Source: Marsupella aquatica
Lineage: Eukaryota > Plantae > Marchantiophyta
Length of the DNA stretch: 64,000 bases
NCBI GenBank assembly: GCA_973895155.1
Contig: OZ316897.1
Span: forward strand, 22,109,455 to 22,173,454
Direction: 5' to 3'
The translations under genes and the position numbers were made by a program. Below the pieces are notes generated by a model. The model made no database searches, was not told where the DNA came from, and worked only from the letters and a program-made list of their open reading frames with translations. Shown in pieces: positions 32,222-42,431 of the stretch (position 1 is its first letter; each line of letters starts with the position of its first letter).

Positions 32222-35200
32222 TCACTGCTTAGGCCTGCCCTTTCTTGCAGATCCCTCTGCATCTCTGCCTCGTTTGGGACCAGTACTTGGTCCTAGATTT
32301 TCTCTGGACCTACAGGCCTTAGCCAATTCGATGTGTAATTTGGCATTGTTTTCCATTGTAGCATGGAAATCAACGTCTGTGTAATCACCTAACACCCTTG
32401 TGGACCTGGATTCTTTGTGGAGGATTGTTCTCCATGCTATCCCCTTCTCATTGGGGTGGAAGAAAACCTGCTCCACTTGCTTTGGGAAAACGTAATCCAT
32501 TTTCTTGGATACACCCAGTTCTCTATGGAAATTCACCTGCCAAAGACCAGACTCGGAATACCTCATACTGGCAGAGGATTTAGGAGTCCATGATGGATCT
32601 GCCCATTTCCCTTTGAAAAGAATCACCTCTTTCCTCAAGCTGCCGTAATTCAGTACTAAGATATCTGTCAAGGCCCCTACATACTGTACAGATTCTTCTA
32701 TGGTTGCACCAGACCTGTCCACTCGCTTCTCAGTGAATGTAGAAGCCATCCCAGAATCAAAAGTGCTGAAAGCACCAGAATCACAATCACTCAAACACCC
32801 CAAGGATGGAATAGTCCTCCAATGGTGCCCATAGGCTCTGCATGCCCTATACAGTCGTGCCTTCAAACTAGGTGGTGTGGAGTATGCAGATAGTAATGAC
32901 CGCTCAGACTCTTTTTCAAAATTATGGGTATTGACTAATGTTTGAAACCATTCCCTAAAAGGTGACAATTCTTGGCAATCAGCGGGAAATTCCACTGGTT
33001 TTCTTCGATTGGCAGGCTTCCTCATCCATTCCTTCCGGAAATCCACTCTTCGTTTGGTAACAGTCTCATTGGTAGCATCATATATCCTGCATGGCAACAA
33101 CAACACTGAAGACATTAGTGCATGATCCACCATGAATATACAAACACAATGGGGCAACATAATTTAGGGTTTATGTACCTGTATCATGGAGCCACTGTCT
33201 CTTCATTCTCCAATATATAATGATGCATGGCCATCATTTCAGACCAATCCAAAGTTATCGCCTTTGTAGCCCCTTCCAAAACAATGCCTGCAACGCCAAC
33301 ATCCTCCTCCAACTCCCAGGTTCGTTTTCCCTCTCCCTTTGCATCAATCATGTATTCAGAAAGGAATCCCAAAGACTCATCTAATACATAGCCTTCAGCC
33401 ATAGAAGCTTCTGGACGTGCCTTGTTTCGTACATAACCCTTCAATACCTTCAGGTTCCTCTCTATTGGGTACATCCATCTGCCTGTAACTGGGCCACACA
33501 AGTCTAATTCCTCCACTAGGTGAATCATTAAATGGGTCATGACATCAAAGAAGCTTGGTGGAAAATGGATTTCCAAAATGCAGAGAGTGAATGCAACATC
33601 CATCAACAAATTCTCATACATTGAAGGGTCCCACACCTTCGTACAGATCTGGCGATAGATATTGCTCACCCCAGCTATGGCCAAGCGAACCCCTTCATCA
33701 AGTAATCCCATTGTTGCCAGAGGGAGAATCTGTTGCATGAGTTGGTGGAAATCATGTGATTTCAACCCAGAGAGTTTCTTGGATTTTGTAACACACTTTG
33801 CCAAAGAACTTGAAAAACCAATGGGCCCTTTCAAGGTCAATAAAACCTCCAAGAACCTTGTTCTTTCCTTCTTGCTCAGGCAATATGGGGCTGGGGGCAT
33901 CAACAATTTGTCATCCTTACGCTTGGGAGCTGGATTGGGTACAAGCCATAGGTGTTGGCGCACCTGTAAGAGCTTCATGTCTTCTCTCACAGAAGGAGTG
34001 TCCTTGGTCCCAATGATAGTGTGCACAATGTTGTGTGCAAGATTCTTCTCACAGTGCATGGGATCTAGACAATGGTTAAAGAGTAGTTTCTGCAGTGGAC
34101 ACACAATTCAGAAATTAGGGCATTGAATACAACTTTTGGCATCACTGGGCAGTAGTTTGTGCAGTGGACACAATTCAGAAATTACTGCATTGAATACAAC
34201 AATTACAAAATCTGGGGTACAGGAAGTATATGAAGAGAATATATTTCAAAGTCATATGAAGAGATTGCAGAAATTCATTGTAGTAGTATGGAGTCTTACA
34301 TTCCAATAGGGTAACTTGTACAGACCAGTAGCCCTCTTCACTCCATGCACCTTTATGGGGCATTTCTCATCCTCAACCTTGGTTCCTCCCTTCTTCAAAT
34401 ATTCTGTTGTCTCGTCTCCCCACTTCTTTCTATCAGAACTTGTCATTCTACACGGTGTAGGTCGACTCTCAATTGCACCATCAAAGTATTGTGCACTGTC
34501 TGGTCTACGAAAAAGATGCCTTGCTGCTAACCATCGACGGTGGCCACTGTACTCTAATTTCTGCAAGTGCTTAGAACCACGTGCCACACATTCTGGCCCA
34601 CAAATGACACATCCTTTGTATCCAGAGTGTTGTTGTCCAGATATTAAACCATATGCAGGGTAATCATTGATTGTCCACAATAGCACAGCCCTAAGGTTGA
34701 AGTGTTGAGGCAATCCTGGGCGTGGCAATTTGTCAAAGCAGGGCACTCCTTTCTTCCACAACAGCTCCAGCTCCTCATAGAATGGGCCCAATATTATGTC
34801 CAGTTGTTCCTCTGTTACTGAATCAGGTCCTGGAATCAGCATAGCTAGCATGACAAAGAACTTCTTGGTGGTAAGCCAAGGAGGTAAATTGTAATTCAAC
34901 AACAGTATTGGCCAGGTAGACCAAGCTGTGGAATTATTCCCAAAGGGATTCACCCCATCAAGTGCCAACCCAAATCGCACATTCCTTGGTTCAGCTGCAA
35001 ATTTCCGATCAATATTTGTATCCACATGCTTCCAAGCCTTTGAATCTGCTGCGTGCCGAACCATGTTGTCTGTGCTTCTATTCTCATGATGCCAAGTCAT
35101 GAGTTTAGATGTACCAGCAGTGGCATACAATCTCTTCAACCTGGGAATTATAGGGAAATACTGCACCACCTTCCTTGCCTGTAATGAATTCCCCACTCTC

Positions 35201-36159
35201 TTCATCTTGGGCTGCTGACACACTGAACAGTTTTCTAACTTGGCATTCTCACCCCTAAAGAGCATGCAACCTTTCTCACAGACAGGGATTCTCTCATAAT
35301 CCAAGCCAAGCTTTCTCAATAGCTGCTTTGCAGCATATAAGTTCTTGGGCAGATTATGCTCTGCAGGCATACCATGCTCCCCCATCAAAGACAACAATGC
35401 ATTCACTCCTTTGTTTGAGAATCCATGGCCATGACAGATGTTCAGCAGAAGCAACATGAATGACACAACATCTATTTTGCTGCCTGGGAACAAAGGTTGC
35501 ATTGCTGCATCTAAAGATAACTATGCAGGATCAGTCTCCATAGGAGTTTCAGAGGTTTCAAGGGGGTTTACAGGATGGGCACCTCCTTCACTCTCATCAT
35601 CCCCAAGTATAAAATCCAAGTCAAAACGGTCCTGATCATCTAGTTCATGCTCAGGGGATTCTTCATTGGTTCTCAGCAACGTTTCTTCTAGTAGAGCCCT
35701 GATATGTTCTTCGACATCTATAGTAGGATGTTCTTGAACATCCACAGTTGGATACTCTGGAACATCTACAAATAAATGTTCTTCAACATCTACAGTTGGC
35801 TGTTGTGCATAGGATGCCTGCTGAAGGTTTGCTACCCTCAATGCCTCAGGGCCATGTTGTGACATGTAGTCAGCACCCCACTCTTCATCAGAAGAGTCCT
35901 GTCCCTCTCCCACCCACACTCGACATGCAGGGTACCGACCATGTTTAATAAGGTGTAGTCTAGCAGTATTCTGATTAGTCCTATAATTCCCTTTGCAGTT
36001 CACACAAGGGCAGTACATCTTATGGTCCCCACTCTTGTGGCAGGCCTTCTGTTCTCGAACCCACAAAGCATCATCACGATGTTGTACTCTAGCTGGATGG
36101 AAGAGCGGCAACTTTGGAGTTCTACCCACACCTAACGTATTCTGTGGCAATTGTGCCAT
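32222..36159 (-). pseudogene. tnpD: CACTA transposase (TnpD/Tnp2: transposase-associated domain, Transposase_21, DUF4218, DUF4216), with nonsense mutations
   Basis: MYCPCVNC; HAADSKAWKH...EPRNVRFGLALDGVNPF...NYNLPPW...TINDYPAYG; DPMHCEKN, LKSHDFH, FFDVMTHL..HL, GPVTGRWMYPIER, RPEASMAEGY; YVGALTDILVLNYG..LFKGKW..QVFF. In-frame TAG at 35521-35523 and TGA at 33184-33186. Introns near 34090-34300 and 33090-33178. Confidence 0.92.
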
Positions 36160-37174
36160 GCTAGCTTGATTGAAATTGTATTCAAACTATGATTTTCAAA
36201 CTGAATCGGTGTGACATGCATGTCGTATAGTGCTAAGTATCAAAAGTGACTCTTCTCACCTAAAACCAGGGTTTCGATCCCTTTAAGAACAGATTTCAGA
36301 ATGAATTGTATAACTTTTATCACTCCGAGTGATTTAGAGTCTTGAGCTCTATGTTGACTTCACTTCTCAATAAAAAAAATCGAATAAACAAACAACAAAG
36401 TAACTGAACTTCTGATTTATGAATTAGAGAAGAAATGAGTAAGGATTTAGAGACTACAAGCTGCTACTGCCACTCCTTCAGAAAGGATTTGGGCTCAGTA
36501 TAGACATGAAATCTATCTCATAATTCATCCATCTCACTCTTCAAAACACAAAGGTTAATGATAATGGAATTCTCAATCTGATGAAGCAGAAGCTTTCTGA
36601 TTGCAAATGAATGATATGATTTAAAATGCCGTCAACATGGTTTGACATCAGCGATACACAATTCAGTCAAACTCTAAACCATATTCCAGAATCAAAGCAA
36701 CAGTACTAACTACTCTGAGAATCAGAATTTACTTCTCATTTATCATTAACTATTCTTGAATTGGCTAGCGAATCCCGACTCTGCAAGCAAGCCTAGCAGT
36801 GAATTCAATACGAGTTTCAGAAATCTGCAACTGAATTCAATCACCACAGGAATCTCTTGAATTCAATCTTAACTTCAATCAATATAGCTTTACTTCCATA
36901 CAAAACACTCACAGCATGCCTTGTTACAATGGAAGGAGGAGAAAACTATTCAGAAGACTCAATTCTGAATACAGTATTAACTCTATTTCTCTCTACTTCA
37001 AATGAGCATTCTACTCTGTCTTATAAGTGCTGGAATCCTAAAATGGAGGAGGTAAGAACAGTCGTGCCTTTCCAAGCTTAAAACTAAACAAGGGAGAAGC
37101 ACAGCATAAGTACTTCAACAAGGGTGGTAGAATACTACTTTACTAGTAATCTACTTCAAAAACTAAGTGTTGAG

Positions 37175-37480
37175 CGGACGCTGCTAGAAGCGTCGGGAGA
37201 ATCTGGACGCTGCTAGAAGCGTCTTAAGTAAAACCAACGGACGCTGCTCACACTGCTCACAGCGTCAATACTAGGGTGGACGCTGCTCACAGCGTCGTGT
37301 GTTGAAGCTGACGCTTTCCACAGCGTCGGTCGAAATCCTCATAGAGTCTTGGTGGCGGTCGGGCGAAATCCTCATAGAGTCTTGGTGGCGGTCGGGCGCT
37401 GCCAAAAGCGTCATGAGGAGGTTGGACGCTTCCGCAGCGTCTTGAGTAAAAGAAAAGGGCGCTGGTCACAGCGTCGGGCA
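37175..37480. repeat. Cluster of short palindromic repeats GACGCT-N6-AGCGTC plus a 33-bp direct repeat
   Basis: gacgctgctagaagcgtc x2, gacgctgctcacagcgtc, gacgctttccacagcgtc, gacgcttccgcagcgtc, and cgaaatcctcatagagtcttggtggcggtcggg x2. Confidence 0.8.
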
Positions 37481-38188
37481 AAGTACACTAGGAATCGTCA
37501 GGAAAGCCGGAGATGTCAAATATTTCTATAAGTGTCCAGAACAAGTAAATGTTGGCCGGAAGGTGTCTAAAGTGTAAGTAAATCTTGTGATATGCTAAAA
37601 ATAAACAAGTTTCCAGAAAAAATTGCAGGGACACCCATACCACAATGCATACAAAATTGGGCCTACCGTCACAGTTGTACAACCGATGCCAACCACAGTC
37701 CAATTGCTCAAACCCACAGAGCCCAGTTTCTCAAATCCATTGTAGTGGGGCACCTTCTCCTTCTTGCATACAAATAGAGCATCACATACAGTGTCATCAG
37801 AATGATACTATGAACGTAAATCTCTATGCCTTCATCATTTCCAGTATTTGTTTGCCTATTAGGAATGTGAGCAGACAGGTCTGGAATAAGTAATGTTTGT
37901 GACACCAGTGACAAATTTACAAGTGAAGTTTAGACATCAACAATGACCCGAGTCACACTCAAAGCACATGCATGAAAATCGGAATCCTACCCTGGAAAAG
38001 ATAGTAAAGTTGATTTCTCAAAATTAATTGCCTCAATCCGCAATGCACTGTCGTAGAGTGTGTATACATGAGGAGTTCATCAAACTGCATATAAATAGTC
38101 CACATGTTTTAGCACTCTGAAAATTGTTGAAGTCCACGTGAAACCATCAAAAAACTCTATCTCAAGTTTGTGTTCCATCCAGCCTCAA

Positions 38189-38860
38189 TCAAATCCAAGA
38201 TATGTGACTCCTAGCAGGAGTGCCTAGTGTAGGGTCAATGTCATGGTCAGGACAGTAAAACATCCCCTTCTTGGGCTGCCCATGCGCTGAGTGATCCCAA
38301 ATTGTTCGATCATGGGCAAATCCCCTCTGCTGGATAAATAGCAGGCAGTCCTTGTGCCATGCCTTAGGACACCTCATGCACTGAACCAAAAAGCCATTAG
38401 CCCCATCATTGGGCCCCTGTCCACAAGTAAGACAAATATGGAGTCCACATGATGCTGTGCCAGGAACCAAACACTGCTGACAGTAAAACCGGGCACAGAG
38501 AGGGTCTGGACATTTTCTTACCTCTTCACCCATTTTTCCAGACACATGGCACTTAAAGCAAGAATGTTCCTCATTCTTGCAATCAACACAAAGCCATTCT
38601 CCAACATGGCCATCAGCCAGGGATATAGTTGGACATAGCCATTGCTGACCCAAAGGACAGGAAACATTCTTATGGAAATGTCGGTGGCAAGGCCCATCAC
38701 AAACAATGAGATCCCCTCCCTCATCACAAATCGCACATACATGTGGACTATTCTGGTTAATCTCAATGTCTGAGTATAAGGACAATTGAGGTGCTTGAGA
38801 GGATTCACCTCTGCAACGATTCATGGCCTTCTGCTTATTGCGAGCCATGGTCCTGCACAC
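38189..38860 (-). CDS. Tandem PHD-finger-like zinc-finger protein (EDM2/NSD-type), probable CACTA passenger
   Basis: CAICDEGGDLIVCDGPCHRHFH...WLCVDC...HSCFKC...CPDPLCARFYC..C...CGLHICLTC...LVQCMRCPKAWHKDCL...MFYCPDHDID..LGTP.R.HI. This matches the triple-PHD cassette pattern of plant EDM2/NSD proteins. Confidence 0.75.
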   Translation of the reverse strand: MCRTMARNKQKAMNRCRGESSQAPQLSLYSDIEINQNSPHVCAICDEGGDLIVCDGPCHRHFHKNVSCPLGQQWLCPTISLADGHVGEWLCVDCKNEEHSCFKCHVSGKMGEEVRKCPDPLCARFYCQQCLVPGTASCGLHICLTCGQGPNDGANGFLVQCMRCPKAWHKDCLLFIQQRGFAHDRTIWDHSAHGQPKKGMFYCPDHDIDPTLGTPARSHISWI

Positions 38861-41204
38861 TCAGACCCTACATCAGATTGTGAAACAAGAAGGAATAATA
38901 GGGTGCAGCATGACACACAAGAATGAGGGTGTAGCATAAAATATGACATGTAACCACAAGGGTGCAGCACAAACCAATGCTTTATGGATGGCAAAGCATT
39001 TAGGACTGAGCAGTGCAAATAACCTTGGCTTATGATTGGAAGCAATCACAAATATTGCAACCTGTATGCCTTCGCTTCCTGTACAGTAGTGCTCACTCAC
39101 CCTGCCTTTTTAAAATCTATAAGGGCAACACAGAACAAATAGCAATTGAGTTTCAGCAAAGCATTCATTTGGCTCTCAAGTTTTAAAATGGACAGAGCAA
39201 ACACAACAATGTGCACAACAAAGCATAGAGAGCAACAAAACTCCAGCGAACTGGGACTCAGGCAAGAGATACAAATTTTAGCAGTGAAATCAAATCAAGA
39301 TTCGGACCAGTAAGTTCATTATGCAGTGCTCAATCACCCTGCCCTTTTTTAAATCTGTAAAAATCAAGTTTTATTGCGTGCCTTCTACATCTTAAGCTGC
39401 TGCACACATCTGTTACAGAACCATAAGTTGCTTTACTCTCAACAAGCTGCTGGTCCACCCACTTTTTCAAAAGCTGCACCGTACTCTATCTTCGTGCAGT
39501 CGTGGCATTACCGGGCTGCTGTCAGAGACCCTTACGAAGAATTTAAAATTGACCAAGCTGATTTTAGTTTAGTTTTGTCCAGTTTGCAGACCAAAGGAAA
39601 TCATGTGTGAACGTCAGACAGTTAGTTGTAAATTACCATAGTTGAAGAGCAAGGCTTGTACAAAAGCCACTGAGGAATTCTCTGAGGTGGCACAACAGTT
39701 GGCAAACCACACACGAAACTCTGAAACTTTTTGGCGACAGAATTCTACAGAGTCGCTGCTGGAATCCAGTGAGGATTCACCATACATGCCTGCACTTCTC
39801 TTCAGTAAAAAAAAAGTTGCTGAAAGTGCCAACGGCAGGGAGACGAAAAGTGAAGAAATGAGAAGTCTTTGGCACATTGATAACTAGTATGGTCCTCGGA
39901 CTTCAGATGCAAGAAAGGAAATGGAAGAGACAAAAAAATCTGTGAAAGAAAGTAGAGCGCAACAAAGATCCAACATACGCAGATTTGGATTGTGGGAACA
40001 GATGTTTGACGCAGATTTTCCAGCAAGGGTTAGCAAGTAGTCTAGTACTTACTAGTACTTACATTGTTCGATCGCAGCTCACTCATTCAGAGGAAAACAA
40101 ATCCTCAAATTAATGCTCTACATTGCCTTTTTCGTCATGCATGGATAGAGCCAATGTCTGTTGAGAATCTTTTACAATTGTTATGAAGCAAAGTACTTGC
40201 TAGACGGCCTGGTCGCTCATACAGAGCAAAACAATGCTCAAATTAATGCTCTAGATTGGCTTGGCACTCCCCATGCATGGATTGTATGCTGTTGGCAGTG
40301 CGCTAGCTGGCCCCTTGGTATGAATGAACTTACCCCACAACAGAGCACATAGTTACTCCGCTCGCACATCAATATCACCATTCTTATTTTGTCAAAGATA
40401 AGGAAATTATCTTAGGGCTTGAATTTTTAAGTAGAAGAGGAAGTGCACTTTAGGGTGTCCAAAAATTCTCCGATGTGTTTGTCAGTAAAGTCCATAGTAC
40501 CACAATTGCCACAACTTAAGGTTGCCGTTGAGCGAACATTACTAGTTGGATGGATTGTGAAAATGGTGATGGCCCCACCTTCATGGCTGCCGATTGCTAC
40601 GTTCAGGCATGGATGAAACCGAGAGGAGCAACAGTAGTCATGTTTCACACCAACGAACGGCTGAATTGAGATCTGAGGAAACGATCTTGGTGCTGAGGGG
40701 CAGAGAATAACAAACAGAAAATGCACTCGTAGGGATCCGCAACAAATGAATTGTGCAATCAAAATGGAATATCAATCAAACGTATATGAAATGCTCAGTC
40801 TACGCTTAGCCGGCACTTTCATCCAGAGAGTGTGCTTTTCACCATTCAAATCAAATTCCGCAAACTATAACAGACAAGCACAGTTGGCAATTGACAGACC
40901 AAGCATAGTGCCCAGAAATAGACTACAAATCAGCAATAGAACTCACTCTGCATTCCTCCCAACAGCCCTAGATTATTGTGAGTACAATGGAATGGGATTT
41001 TTATTGGTGTTCAACAGAAGAAATCTGTCTCTAGATGTGGACGCTCTACAGGCTCTAGAAGAGAAAATTCAGTGTCACAGAATGAAACGCGGTGGCATTA
41101 GCATGCAGTAGAACAAATCTCTTCGTGGGAAATGAGAAGCTTGACTCCCAATTAAAGTCCCAAAAAGACAAGAAGCTCACTCTACGAATGGAGATGGAGG
41201 GGAA

Positions 41205-41475
41205 CTCGTCCTCCGCTCGCAGCTCGTCCTCTGCTCGCAGCTCAGCCCGAGCTCGTCCTCTGCTCGCAGCTCAGCCTCCGCTCGTCCTCCGCTCGCAGCT
41301 CAGCCTCCGCTCGTCCTCCGCTTGCAGCCCGAGCTTGTCCTTCGCTCTCCGCTCGTCCTCGGCTTGCAACTCGTCCTCTGCTCGCAGCTCAGCCCTCCGC
41401 TCATCCTCCGCTGGCAGCCCGAGCTCGTCCTCCGCTCTCCGCTCGTCCTCCGCTTGCAGCACGTCCTCCGCTCCT
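41205..41475. repeat. GC-rich minisatellite (CTCGTCCTCCGCTCGCAG-like units)
   Basis: Multiple imperfect copies that generate low-complexity ORFs in several frames. Confidence 0.85.
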
Positions 41476-42323
41476 CACCCGCAACTTGGAGGAAATGTAA
41501 AGAAGCTATTGCAATGCCAATCAATCAAAGCTCCTGGAAACATGTAGCGCCCAAGTCCTACCGAGGTGCTCCGCCGAACGTGCACAACACACTCAAAAAC
41601 AATGGCAGCCTGAATGGCTTCGGGTCGGAGCTCCTCCTCTAAAGCATGCAAATGGTCAATAGTTTAGGGTCCAGGTCCAAGGCTTCACTCAAACAATGCC
41701 TCGCCCAATGCTTGCCCGACGTTACGCAGCGCAGTGATAAAGTCCCAAGAGCACTTAAACTTTGTGCAACCCTAAAGGTGAGAGCACTCCGCTCGGAAAC
41801 TGATATGTGCACACCAAGAAACCACGACATTCAACGTAGCAGATCGATGGTCCCTAATTTCAAGATTGACCCTAGAGTTAGTCATTTATGAGAGAAGTCC
41901 ATAATGACGGTATGTTCTTGTAAACACTGATATGTCCTAATTTCAAGATTGACCCTAGAGTTAGTTGTGACGCCGCCGGTACGGCGGTTAATGAGTGATT
42001 CAGTCTAACTGCGCTCGGCACGCGCGTTAGGTGGGTCTTAGGCCGCTATTATTAGCATAACGACAGTATTTAGGTAATCATTAGGGGTAGGACATCATTA
42101 GGCAATAAGGGGGACTTCAGGTTCGGGCTGGCGGCGGGTCGCTATTCGCACACCCGGGTTATGAGCATGGAGGGGCCCCTCCCTCGGGTCCGTATAACGA
42201 ACTTAAGGAAGCGGCCACTAACGCACGCTGACTCAGACCGGCGGAGTGGCCGGTACACCACAAGCGTGAGCGGTTCAACCTATGGGCGTCGAGGAGACGT
42301 CGGGGATCGACAAGCCCTCAAAG

Positions 42324-42330
42324 TATAAAA
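42324..42330 (+). promoter_or_regulatory. TATA box in the 5' LTR (copy at ~52423 in the 3' LTR)
   Basis: TATAAAAGGGG followed by a CT-rich leader (ctctctcgttctctct) and the ATG at 42432. Confidence 0.65.
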
Positions 42331-42431
42331 GGGGAGCCAACCCTTTGTAGTGCACCAGTCCATCAGTCCGCGCGCCAGCTTCGACCCCAGCTCTCTCGTT
42401 CTCTCTAGGTCGCCACTACTATCTCCTCTGA

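Larger units (their letters stand above)
27871..41965 (-). mobile_element. CACTA/En-Spm DNA transposon (one TIR at 27871; continues at 56068-56308 past the Ty3 insertion; other TIR not in window)
   Basis: TIR CACTAGTAGAAAA at 27871 (candidate 3-bp TSD TTC), dense AATGAC/GTCATT subterminal repeats at 27890-28600, and TnpD- and TnpA-like genes inside. Confidence 0.85.

Noticed and set aside
37175-37480. Palindromic repeats as CRISPR-like
   Set aside because: Irregular spacing and repeat length; better explained as transposon regulatory repeats.
41092-41642. 151-aa Ser-rich ORF and overlapping ORFs
   Set aside because: Products of a stop-free GC-rich minisatellite.
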